Below are positions 29,377 to 39,015 of a stretch of DNA of 64,000 nucleotides, in pieces (position 1 is the first letter of the stretch; each line of letters opens with the position of its first letter). The position numbers were made by a program, and so were the translations under genes. Origin of the DNA: Promethearchaeota archaeon. GTDB lineage: Archaea; Asgardarchaeota; Lokiarchaeia; Sigyniarchaeales; SOKP01. The stretch covers positions 32,001-96,000 of the forward strand of contig JAEOTR010000019.1 of assembly GCA_016839705.1 (NCBI GenBank), read 5' to 3'. Under the pieces are notes generated by a model that worked only from the letters and a program-made list of their open reading frames with translations, was not told the DNA's origin and searched no databases.

Positions 29377-30234
29377 TTAAGACAAGGCTAATGCTAAAAG
29401 AAATGCACCATGAATTTCTGAAATTTCACCAACCCGAGAAGTATCAATAATTACATTTTTTAATCCCATATAAATAGCTCCGTAAGCCTTTCCCCCTCCT
29501 AAATGTACCAGTGTTCTATAAATTAAATTCCCTGAGATTCCATCAGGAGCAAGGATTAAGTTAGATTTATTCAACACAGCATCCTCAATTAGTATTTCAT
29601 GATGCTTTATCGATAAATCAGGGTACTTAGTCTTCATTATTTCCACAATCTTCTCACTCTCTCTAATGGATTTATCGATTCTGTCGTCTCTTCCTATGTC
29701 ACCCCGCCTACCGCCACTTAATATACTTATTTTTGGTTTAACGTTTAACAATTCAAATTGTTTTAGTGATTGTTCAATAAATTCGAGTTTATCCACCAAA
29801 TTATTACATTCGTCAATACCTACAGGGCCATAAAAGAATTGGTGCCCATTTACTGTTTCTAATAATGCTAATCGATTTATTTTTTTAGTATTTAAGAATT
29901 TTCTAAGATTTGTTAGGAATTTGTTTGAACTTAAAGAACCTCTAATAATTGCATTTATTGCCTTCTTATCTAGATATTCAAAGATCTCTTTTTCTGCTTT
30001 TTCACTTTCGACAAAATTAATATTTAACTTTTGATTCTCAGAGGAAAAATATTTTTCAATACTCAGTATAGCGTGTTTTTTACCAAAGATAAATATCTTT
30101 AATTCTTTTTCTCCTAAAAAATCAATACATGCTTTTAAGATCTTTGTATTATGTAATTCCGATGTACCCAATCCTATTCCTATTTCTACCCTTTTTCCTT
30201 TTGACAATAATTCAAACTTTTGGATCAAACTCAT
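29377..30234 (-). CDS. MtxX/Mmp4 (methanogenesis marker 4)-family protein
   Basis: AIIRGSLSS, GPVGIDE, LSGGR.GD.GR, ILIEDAV, APDGISGNLIYRTL, DTSR. Confidence 0.85.
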   Translation of the reverse strand: MSLIQKFELLSKGKRVEIGIGLGTSELHNTKILKACIDFLGEKELKIFIFGKKHAILSIEKYFSSENQKLNINFVESEKAEKEIFEYLDKKAINAIIRGSLSSNKFLTNLRKFLNTKKINRLALLETVNGHQFFYGPVGIDECNNLVDKLEFIEQSLKQFELLNVKPKISILSGGRRGDIGRDDRIDKSIRESEKIVEIMKTKYPDLSIKHHEILIEDAVLNKSNLILAPDGISGNLIYRTLVHLGGGKAYGAIYMGLKNVIIDTSRVGEISEIHGAFLLALALS

Positions 30235-31331
30235 TATACCATCCCATAAAGTAAGTAAGTCATCACTATTGCTAACACATCATAAACACCATGAGTTATC
30301 ATAACAGCGATTAAATTTTCATTTCTCCAATTATATAGCCAACCTAACATCAATGAAATTGCAAAATAAGGTGTAAATGACAAAAAAAATGATATTATGA
30401 AGAGATAAGGTGATTCTAAAGCGAGAAGAAAAATACCTACTAGATGAATCAATGAAAATATAATGGCTGATGTGATTAACCCCCATCGTTTCCCCAAGCT
30501 TCTGACTAATCCTTTTTGCATAAATCCTCTAAATAAGATTTCTTCAGAAGTACCAATTACTAAAATTACAACAACGGAAAACACAATCAAACTAGGTATA
30601 TCTGGGGGAAGTATTTCACCTGTTAAACCAGTAGTATCATGAATTACGTTAATCCCTAAAAAAAATTCTAAAATTAATTCAATTACAACCGATGTAAAAG
30701 TAACTACAAATACTCCAATTAGAGCAAAACCTAATCCAATTAAAATTTCTTTATAGATTCTTTTTCTATCATAATTTTTCGTAGTAAATCCTAGTAGTAT
30801 TAATCTATTTTTTAGGGACGGATTCTTGAGATACTTACGTACATAGAAAATGGGGATAATAAAAAAAACTAACTCAAAAAGTGAAATTATTGAAATGAGG
30901 TAAGAGTTTGACACAAAATCAAGAAGTAGAGTTAAATCGTTCGATAAGAACATTATTAGTGAAAGAAATCCTCCAACTAAACCATTCATTATTAGCAGAG
31001 CTATCACAGGTAATCCAATTGATGCCGTGGTTCCCCAAAGTTTATGATCTTTATTATCAATTAAATTCTCATCAGAAAGTAATTCGGGTCCGTAATAGAT
31101 AGGAGGAGTATCATACAGAGAATATTGTGTTGGCGATTTATATGGATTAGAAGTATATCGCGGTTTCAACTTCTTATAATCTTTAATATATTGAATATCT
31201 GTTCCACAAACAGTACAAAATTTAAGGTTTTGAATATTTTGTAGCTTATTCCCACATATAGGACAAAATTTCCAATCTGAAGTAGGGAAATCTTGATCTC
31301 TGTCTGTCTTAGGAACTTCTTTATTATTCAT
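30234..31331 (-). CDS. CPBP/Abi (type II CAAX) intramembrane glutamic protease with N-terminal double zinc ribbon
   Basis: EEILFRG, FSLIH, HGVYD; N-terminal FCPICG...FCTVCG. Confidence 0.9.
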   Translation of the reverse strand: MNNKEVPKTDRDQDFPTSDWKFCPICGNKLQNIQNLKFCTVCGTDIQYIKDYKKLKPRYTSNPYKSPTQYSLYDTPPIYYGPELLSDENLIDNKDHKLWGTTASIGLPVIALLIMNGLVGGFLSLIMFLSNDLTLLLDFVSNSYLISIISLFELVFFIIPIFYVRKYLKNPSLKNRLILLGFTTKNYDRKRIYKEILIGLGFALIGVFVVTFTSVVIELILEFFLGINVIHDTTGLTGEILPPDIPSLIVFSVVVILVIGTSEEILFRGFMQKGLVRSLGKRWGLITSAIIFSLIHLVGIFLLALESPYLFIISFFLSFTPYFAISLMLGWLYNWRNENLIAVMITHGVYDVLAIVMTYLLYGMV

Positions 31332-31415
31332 TCTTAAGATAAAAGAAGTAATCTAATTAAAAAAAGTTTACATTTCAAATTAAATTGAAGCACTTACAGT
31401 TGAATCCTAAATTGA

Positions 31416-33332
31416 TTATACAAAATTTCTGGTAAATTTTAAAATAGGGTTAGCATGAAGTTCATTTTGATGAAATTCTTTATAGAATATAGGATGATAT
31501 ATGGATTTTTTACTTTCTTTTACTTCTAATTTGAATTTTATTGAAGGCATCCAAAAAGTTTTATTAAAATGTTGGTATTCAATCATTACCAATGAAAGAA
31601 ACATGCCCTTCTGTTTTGGATTAATTCTTGTCTTAACCTTTTTTGTTTCATTTGCTTTCAACTTTTTAATACTTGTAAACCCTAATTTATTCTGCAAAGC
31701 TTCTGGCATAAAGAAGTAAATCATAATATTCTTAATATCAACTGAATTAGGATTTTCAATTATAAGCGTTACTACTTCAGGATTATTTAGTTTTAATGTT
31801 TGTTTTGGTATTTCGATATCGATAAAAAGAGGATAAGGTAGTATTTCCTCATTTAATGTAAAGCTTAAATCTATTAGTTTTTGAAGATTTGGTTTTATCT
31901 CTGATATAAATTTATTACGTTGTTCTCTTAGTGATAAATCATTTTTACTTCTCAAAACTTCGAAATCCTTTAGCATCCTAATTATATACTTTGAGATATA
32001 TTTATCGAATACAGAATGTTTACCAGATATGAGAGAAATTAGTTCTTTATAATATTCTGATTCTAAATTTCTAAGTAAAGGGATTTTAAATAAATTCTCA
32101 GTAAAATTTTTTAAGACGTCATCCATTTCAATTAAATCATTATGGCTTATCTTGAACCTTTCAATAAGATTCCCATTATATATGTTTTTTTGCATTAAAT
32201 TGTTTAATGTCTCCAATGCTTCGACTGTTTCAGAGTTATAAGAATCTAAAGCCTTTATAATCATTTTTCCTAGCATATCATCAAATTTTTCAGCGTTTTT
32301 ATTCTTATAATTTATAAATTCCGTCCTAATTGGCTCTAAATATTTAATAATACGCCCAGAATGCAATTTCAGTAGGGAATTTTGATATTTTTGGTATTTA
32401 TTGGTAACATTATTAATCCAATTTCTTACACGATTTAAATTATCAAGATTCTCTTCCGTGGTTAATAATGTTGTTTCGTTAAAAGGGCTAGTTAATAAAA
32501 ATGGGTCGTCGATTCGAATGTTTTCTAATAGGATGTATGTTTTTCGTTCCAATTGATGAATAAGTTCAATCTGTAAAGATAAATTATATATTTTAACATT
32601 TCTTACTGCGATCTTATCTAACTTTAAGAGCAAATCTTCGAGTTTTTCTGAAAAATGTATGGGATTTTTATCTAGTATGTTTCGTAATAAAGATGTAAAT
32701 TCGACAAGAATAGAATAGAGTTCACCTTCACTCGAGAAAAATGAACCCTCACCTTTAAGTTCTGTAATGTTATAATAATCTACTATATTTTGGAAATTAA
32801 ATTCTGCATATTGGTAAAATTTAGAGCACATTTCTAAACGAGCCGAGATTTTGGCTAAATAACTATAATAAAAGGCTAATAATGATTTATTAATGATATA
32901 TGATTCATCTCTAAATTTGATGAATTGGTTTTTTGTCTTTTCTTCATTAAGATAAGGGAGTAAAAATCTTTCTAGAATGATTTCGAAATTTCCAGAAGCT
33001 CGTATTAGATAAAACAGTTTTACAAGGTCAACATCAATCGTATCAAGTTTTGTTATTAAAAAATGACTATATTCATAAAACTTTGAATTGATTTTATTAA
33101 AATAAGATCGAATTAGTAATTTTCTCCTCTCAATCTCTTTAGCTTTTATCTTTTTTTCATTTCTAATTGAAGAGATATTTAATATATCTGATGCATAATA
33201 TTTTAGAGTGTAATAAGATTCCATATAGAAATTTTTTGCACCACAATAAGGACACTTAACTATCGAACCTTTTACTCCGGGTAAACAACTACCACATTTC
33301 TTACACGGGAGATGTGATATCATGTTAAACAT
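31416..33332 (-). CDS. Uncharacterised protein: N-terminal zinc ribbon, long helical region, C-terminal Ig-like domain
   Basis: CKKCG...CPYCG; C-terminal VTLIIENPN...IKKLKANETKKVKTRINP. Confidence 0.6.
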   Translation of the reverse strand: MFNMISHLPCKKCGSCLPGVKGSIVKCPYCGAKNFYMESYYTLKYYASDILNISSIRNEKKIKAKEIERRKLLIRSYFNKINSKFYEYSHFLITKLDTIDVDLVKLFYLIRASGNFEIILERFLLPYLNEEKTKNQFIKFRDESYIINKSLLAFYYSYLAKISARLEMCSKFYQYAEFNFQNIVDYYNITELKGEGSFFSSEGELYSILVEFTSLLRNILDKNPIHFSEKLEDLLLKLDKIAVRNVKIYNLSLQIELIHQLERKTYILLENIRIDDPFLLTSPFNETTLLTTEENLDNLNRVRNWINNVTNKYQKYQNSLLKLHSGRIIKYLEPIRTEFINYKNKNAEKFDDMLGKMIIKALDSYNSETVEALETLNNLMQKNIYNGNLIERFKISHNDLIEMDDVLKNFTENLFKIPLLRNLESEYYKELISLISGKHSVFDKYISKYIIRMLKDFEVLRSKNDLSLREQRNKFISEIKPNLQKLIDLSFTLNEEILPYPLFIDIEIPKQTLKLNNPEVVTLIIENPNSVDIKNIMIYFFMPEALQNKLGFTSIKKLKANETKKVKTRINPKQKGMFLSLVMIEYQHFNKTFWMPSIKFKLEVKESKKSIYHPIFYKEFHQNELHANPILKFTRNFV

Positions 33333-33468
33333 CCTTTTAAATTATTCTAGCTAAAATAAATTATTCTTGTACGGATATAAACTTATTCTAGATTATTAAA
33401 AATTTTTCGGTTAAGCACGAAACATCATAATATTTTGATAAGTATTTGGGGAAAATTGTAAGGAAATT

Positions 33469-35229
33469 TTAGTGCGTAAAATAACAAAAGAGACATTTCT
33501 CCTTTAATTCAATGGGATTAACAAACCCAAAACGCTCAAACTGTATTGTTTTATTAATAGGGATCTGTAAAAGATTGATTTCTCCAAGACCATTAGAAAT
33601 AGTGCCATCAGGTTTCACAACTGAAACCTTTATATTTTCTTCTTTTGGTAACCAATGAATAATCGGAAATTCTCTATTTAATTCCTTACTATAAAAGGAC
33701 GAATTAATTACTTTTTTTTTAAGATCTACAGATTCAATTCTTATATTAATTAAATCTTTTAGCCTTATGATTTGACTTTTTTTAATTTTCTTAGCATCTG
33801 ATAAATTGATTATTAGGTTCATTTTACTATCCTTAACTTTACAGTAAATTTTCCTTCTCCCTTTTTTTGGGTTAGTAGGGAGGAGTAAAGGTTCAGCAAG
33901 ATACTCTCCAGACGGTACATCTTGAACAATTACCGTAATTGGTTTTTCAACAAAGAAATAGCGATCTGAAATCTCATCAATAATATCTTGATTTTTTGAA
34001 TATAACCAATTCACTGAGAAAGTGATTCCTGATTGAGACATGCCAAGCTCTAATAATGTTTCTCTTAGAGCTGATGGTTTTATCCCTCTTTTTTGAAGAG
34101 ATTGTAGACTATTAGTCCTAGGATCCTCCCATCCCTCATAAACTCCGTTTTCAATATAGTTACGAGACTCTGTTTTACTCAACTTCAATCCAGGAAATTT
34201 CAATCTGCCATGATATAGCAATGTCGCTTTTTTCCAGTCAAAATGATCCCACACAAATTCTTCTATGATACCCTCTTTAACTAAATCTATACCCCTAATA
34301 ATGTGAGAGACTCCAATTAGGTAATCATCAATAGCCCAGGAAAATTCAAGCATTGGCCAAATGATATATTTTTTTCCCACTCTAGGATGGTCTGCTTCAG
34401 AGATTCTCATAATAATTTGATCTCTCAGAGCAGGATCTTTTTGATCCATACCAGTTTTTAATCTTACTACTGCTTCACCTTCATGATATTTCCCTTTAAG
34501 CATAGACTGCCATTCATTTATATTCTTCTCTATCGAGTACTTTCTATGTGGGCAATTTAATCCCAGTTTTTTATATTTTTCTCTAAATTCAGTAGCACTG
34601 CAAAAGCAAACATATGCCATATGATCCTCTATCAATTTTTCGCAATAACTATAGAAAATATCTAGCCGATCACTTTTATAAAATATTTTAGAATATTTTA
34701 CTCCTAGCCATTGCAAGCCTTCTTTTATCAAATCATAGGCTTCTGGTAAAACATACTTAGCTCTTGGACTATCTCTTAAAGATTCAGGGCTTCCTATTGT
34801 ATCATCATAAAATAATATAAGCTCTCCATTATATTTTTTCACATATTCATCGTTTAGAACAATTCCCCTTGCATTTCCAATGTGTAACGCACCACTTGGA
34901 TAAGGAGCTAATCGCATTACTATTCTTTCATAATTCTCAATATCAGGTAAGGGTGGTAATTCTTTACTTTCTTCCTTAATTTCTTTTTTTTCTAAAGCTT
35001 TTGGATCTAGTTCCAATAGTCTCTTTTTTTGCTGTTCTAGGCTAAGGTTTTCAATTTCTTCTATTATTTGATTTAAAATAGGAATGACATTTTTAGCTTG
35101 AGATTGTAGATCCTTCCTTTCAGCCATCAATTTCCCCATAACCGCTTTTCTATTTGGTTTTCCACCAAAATTTATAGCATTTTTCAAACCTCTTATCCAG
35201 ATGGTTTCTTTAATCTCTTCCTCATCCAT
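33469..35229 (-). CDS. gltX: Glutamate--tRNA ligase (archaeal type)
   Basis: RLAPYPSGALHIGN, DDT, AYVCFC, SHIIRG, LSKT, GWEDPR, QFERFGF. Confidence 0.97.
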   Translation of the reverse strand: MDEEEIKETIWIRGLKNAINFGGKPNRKAVMGKLMAERKDLQSQAKNVIPILNQIIEEIENLSLEQQKKRLLELDPKALEKKEIKEESKELPPLPDIENYERIVMRLAPYPSGALHIGNARGIVLNDEYVKKYNGELILFYDDTIGSPESLRDSPRAKYVLPEAYDLIKEGLQWLGVKYSKIFYKSDRLDIFYSYCEKLIEDHMAYVCFCSATEFREKYKKLGLNCPHRKYSIEKNINEWQSMLKGKYHEGEAVVRLKTGMDQKDPALRDQIIMRISEADHPRVGKKYIIWPMLEFSWAIDDYLIGVSHIIRGIDLVKEGIIEEFVWDHFDWKKATLLYHGRLKFPGLKLSKTESRNYIENGVYEGWEDPRTNSLQSLQKRGIKPSALRETLLELGMSQSGITFSVNWLYSKNQDIIDEISDRYFFVEKPITVIVQDVPSGEYLAEPLLLPTNPKKGRRKIYCKVKDSKMNLIINLSDAKKIKKSQIIRLKDLINIRIESVDLKKKVINSSFYSKELNREFPIIHWLPKEENIKVSVVKPDGTISNGLGEINLLQIPINKTIQFERFGFVNPIELKEKCLFCYFTH

Positions 35230-35479
35230 GAGAATTCTTGTATTCAGTTATGTATTTGAATTTATTTCTTTTGTCTAACTCTTCTAATTTTTGTTTAATA
35301 TCATGTAATTTATATTTGTAGTAATTCGAGTATGTTGGTATTTGTTAAATATTTATTTTTTCGTTGTTTTTATATATTTTTCATTATCTTAGATTTAATT
35401 ATTAATACTATTGTTAGAAACAATAAAAAAGTTCATCTTGTCATTTAAAAAAAGCCTTCAAATTAATACAAGGATTTCC

Positions 35480-35926
35480 TCAGATAAGAGATACTCCGCT
35501 ATTTAAAGCTAGAATCATAAAAAATGCAAGTAATATAATAATTAAAGCTATTATTACAGCAAAAACATCATTAAATGAATTGTCTTCAGTCTTATAGAAC
35601 TTCTTTGGAATTCCTTTCATCAACCATGAAATATATGGTTTTGAAAGTTTTTCATCGTTTATTGCACTTTTCCCTGTTTTACTTTCAAAATCTTTCTGAT
35701 TTGCTTTATTATCACGAGAAAGGTACATCTTCTTATAATCCCTTTTTCGGTAAAATACTCGAAGAGTTATAAGAGAGATTAAAAATAATGGGATGGAAAC
35801 ATACCAAAAATGCATTAGAAATGTAATAAAAAAATACAATGGTTTAGCTATAAAAACTACAATTAATAAAGGGATAATAAAATAAAAAATTACAAGAGTT
35901 GCTATTCTCTGCTCAGAAAACCGCAT
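35480..35926 (-). CDS. Hypothetical membrane protein
   Basis: 148-aa ORF with three hydrophobic segments. Confidence 0.5.
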   Translation of the reverse strand: MRFSEQRIATLVIFYFIIPLLIVVFIAKPLYFFITFLMHFWYVSIPLFLISLITLRVFYRKRDYKKMYLSRDNKANQKDFESKTGKSAINDEKLSKPYISWLMKGIPKKFYKTEDNSFNDVFAVIIALIIILLAFFMILALNSGVSLI

Positions 35927-36244
35927 TAAAACTTATAGTATTTGCATTTTCATTATTTAATACTAAAAAGAATCATCAATATTATAAATCTTGCTTCTTA
36001 AAATCTGTTATTACCTAATATTTACTAACTTAATACTTTCATTTGATTTTATAAAACCTCTATAATCTTTTTATCTTCTATGAGAAATGATATTTTTAGT
36101 GACAAATTTCTTTTTTTTTCCATTGTTTTAATTTTTTGCAGTTTTAATTGCCCCGCAATTTATTACGAGGAACTATAAATAACGATTAAATAAGTATTTT
36201 AGAGAATTATTAATTATTAAGAAATATATTTAGATTCTTATTAT

Positions 36245-36345
36245 GGCCTGGTAGTCCAGCCTGGATAGGGCGCTGGCTTGCGGAGCCAGATATGTGAAAT
36301 AATGATTTACACTGGAGATCGAGGGTTCAAATCCCCCCCAGGCCA
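36245..36345 (+). tRNA. tRNA-Arg(GCG) with a 26-nt intron at non-canonical position 45/46
   Basis: Acceptor GGCCTGG/CCAGGCC; anticodon stem CTGGC/GCCAG with loop TT-GCG-GA; T loop TTCAAAT; BHB-like CCAG-ATA...CTGG-AGA predicts an intron at 36292-36317. Confidence 0.9.
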
Positions 36346-36379
36346 TTCTGATTCGTTTTGTGTATATTTAATGGTTTAT

Positions 36380-37150
36380 TTAATCCAAATGTTCTAAAAT
36401 TTCAGAAATATTATCAATTCTTATTAATTCTGGCACATCAAACTCTCTTTCAAAAGGAAATTTATATCTTCTTTCACACAGGATAGTCTGCATACCTGCT
36501 CTATCACCCCCTACAACATCTGCATACTCATCTCCGCATACTAGACATTCTGAATTTTCTGTTAATCCCATTTTTTTTAAAGTATAAAAGAAAATTTCAG
36601 GATCAGGTTTTCTTTTACCAAATTCAGCAGAAGTAACAACTGCATTAAAATATTTAAAAAGTTGATATTTTTTTAGAGAATTTTCAACCATCGAGTGGCT
36701 CGGGTGATTAGATAAAACTGCTAATTTAAGTTTTTCGTATTTAGACAATTTTTCTAAGGTTTCTTTAGTATTAGGTAATGGTTTCCACTCTTCCATCTCG
36801 AACGAATGATATATTTCTTGGAGTTTAAAATATGCTTTATCATTTAGGTGATTAATACTATTGATAGCTTTCATTTCCCAGAGTGATTCTAGAACATGTT
36901 GATAAAGCTTAGATGTTGGAAATTCTTTTTTTGTTTTTCTACTCTCTCTCCAACATTGTTCCCGCTTCATAGCAAACTTCTTAACAAAGTCGTCTTCTGA
37001 TATTTGATCATTCCAAACATCCAGTTCTTTTAAATACTCAACAGATTTTAATAATCCTTTTTTAAAACTTTCGTAATATCGCTCTACAGAAGGATTATCA
37101 AATTGGAACAGAGTAAAACCAAAATCAAAAATAATTCCTTTTATCATCAT
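36380..37150 (-). CDS. HAD-family hydrolase
   Basis: FDFGFTL, LSN, KPDPEIF, GDEYADV. Confidence 0.88.
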   Translation of the reverse strand: MMIKGIIFDFGFTLFQFDNPSVERYYESFKKGLLKSVEYLKELDVWNDQISEDDFVKKFAMKREQCWRESRKTKKEFPTSKLYQHVLESLWEMKAINSINHLNDKAYFKLQEIYHSFEMEEWKPLPNTKETLEKLSKYEKLKLAVLSNHPSHSMVENSLKKYQLFKYFNAVVTSAEFGKRKPDPEIFFYTLKKMGLTENSECLVCGDEYADVVGGDRAGMQTILCERRYKFPFEREFDVPELIRIDNISEILEHLD

Positions 37151-37277
37151 CGCATTAATAATAATAAAAATTGATTCTCAATTTTAATTTATCTAAATTG
37201 AAATTTATGTAAGTTCTTAATCGTTTGTGTTAAATACTTAATAAAAAACAAATTATTTATGTAAAATTTTATAATTA

Positions 37278-37814
37278 GTGAGGATAGATATGTCAATTGA
37301 CAAATGGCTCTCTAAAAAGGGATCAAAAGAAGAAGAACTAAAAAGAGAAAAGGCTTTTAAAAGCCTTACTGAAAGTGAAGTTAAAGATTTAAAGAAAAAA
37401 AAGATTAGAAACATGATTCAGAAAGAGGATCGAAAATCCAGTGATGAGTCGGATACAGAAAAACTTCTGCTCCATGTTGTAGAATTTAAAGACTGGTTAA
37501 ACCAAAGAACGTATTTAAAAGGAGATATTGAAAAAATTGAAACGTGGATAAACAATCTTAATTCAGAAGTTAAATATAATAAACAAAAATTAAGTGACAA
37601 TTACGATAAAAAGAAAATAGTTGAAGATTATAAGAAAATTCCACCTACATTTTTAGATGAAAAAACTCGAATTGCTTTAAACAAAAAAATTTATGGTACA
37701 AAGAGAACAAATTCAGATAATTATTATTTAAGAAAATTGAAAAACATTATTCAAGATAAATTATTTGAAGTAAAATATTACGAGATCTTAGATAGAATAT
37801 TGGAAATATTTTAA
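37278..37814 (+). CDS. Hypothetical basic protein
   Basis: 178-aa Lys-rich ORF filling the gap between two genes; the ATG at 37290 (MSIDKWL) is the likelier start. Confidence 0.6.
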   Translation: MRIDMSIDKWLSKKGSKEEELKREKAFKSLTESEVKDLKKKKIRNMIQKEDRKSSDESDTEKLLLHVVEFKDWLNQRTYLKGDIEKIETWINNLNSEVKYNKQKLSDNYDKKKIVEDYKKIPPTFLDEKTRIALNKKIYGTKRTNSDNYYLRKLKNIIQDKLFEVKYYEILDRILEIF

Positions 37815-37895
37815 TTGTTAAAGAAAAATACAATATACTTTAAATCTTATCTATTTTTATAATGTTATAAAAAACATTACACCCGTTATAAGTAA

Positions 37896-38990
37896 ATGTG
37901 GTTGATATGTCCTATAGCTAGTGTTGGCAGAAGATTACAGCCATTTACATATTCTAAGCCAAAAGCTTTTATAAAAATTGCAGGGAAACGGATCATCGAT
38001 CATATTCTTATAAAATTGAAAAACACCTTTCCAAAAGAAACGAATATCTGTTTCATTGTTGGCTATAAAAAGAGACAAATAACAGAGTATCTAAAGAAAA
38101 ACCATACAGATTATTTTACTCTTCATTTTGTAGAACAAGAACCACTAGGGTATGAAGCAGATACCCCTTTTTTTAGCGGTATAGGAGATGCAATATTACT
38201 AGCAAAAGATTATGCTGATAATGATGATATTTTTGTATTTTTCAGTGATAGATTACCAATGGAAGATTATTCCCAAGTCTTATTGAATTTTCATGAAGAT
38301 ATATCTGATGGGGTTATAAATGTAAGACAAGTAACTAATCCTAAATTTTATGGAGTTGTTGAAATAGACGAAAATGGTATTGTTACAACAATTGTAGAAA
38401 AACCAGAAATGCCTAAGTCCAATCTTGCTGTATCTGGTTCATATCTATTGGGGATGAGTGTTACCCCCAGATTATTTCAATTATTAGAAGAACAAAATAA
38501 AATTCCTCTTGAAAATGGTCAAGAACACGAGATAACACCTATTATTCAAAAACTCGTCGAAGAAGGATTTAAATTTAGAATTAATGAAATGAAAAGAGAA
38601 ATATTAGATTTTGGAAGACCGGAAAGCTTACTAAATGGTAATCGCTTATTACTTTCAGAAATTAAAATTCCGGATCCAACATATGAGAAATTAATTAAAT
38701 CTGGAAATATTAATGATTCAAAAATAGTCCCTCCCGTTTTCATTGGGAAAAATACTAACATTTCTGATTCTGTTATTGGCCCAAATGTATCTATTGGAGA
38801 TAATGTGAGTCTCAAAAAATGCATATTATCTGATTCTGTTATAGGTGATGGTGCAAAGCTAAAAAGAATAATCTCTTCTGAAAGTATTATAGGTGATTAT
38901 TCAACTTTAGAAGACTTAATTAAAAAAAGTATTACAATCGGAGATTCTTCTTATATCACTACATCTAATAATCAGACCAATCAATTATAG
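37896..38990 (+). CDS. Sugar-1-phosphate nucleotidyltransferase (long-form glucose-1-P thymidylyltransferase-like) with hexapeptide repeats
   Basis: RLQPFTYSKPK, YGVVE, EKP, EIT, DFGRPE, and C-terminal IGPNVSIG repeats. Confidence 0.85.
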   Translation: MWLICPIASVGRRLQPFTYSKPKAFIKIAGKRIIDHILIKLKNTFPKETNICFIVGYKKRQITEYLKKNHTDYFTLHFVEQEPLGYEADTPFFSGIGDAILLAKDYADNDDIFVFFSDRLPMEDYSQVLLNFHEDISDGVINVRQVTNPKFYGVVEIDENGIVTTIVEKPEMPKSNLAVSGSYLLGMSVTPRLFQLLEEQNKIPLENGQEHEITPIIQKLVEEGFKFRINEMKREILDFGRPESLLNGNRLLLSEIKIPDPTYEKLIKSGNINDSKIVPPVFIGKNTNISDSVIGPNVSIGDNVSLKKCILSDSVIGDGAKLKRIISSESIIGDYSTLEDLIKKSITIGDSSYITTSNNQTNQL

Positions 38991-39015
38991 TAAAAAAAAA
39001 GTAAGAATCGAATAT

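Noticed and set aside
35230-36345. Island or pseudogene upstream of tRNA-Arg
   Set aside because: Only short AT-rich ORF fragments (e.g. 24 codons from 36123) with no recognisable homology, apart from the membrane ORF already listed.
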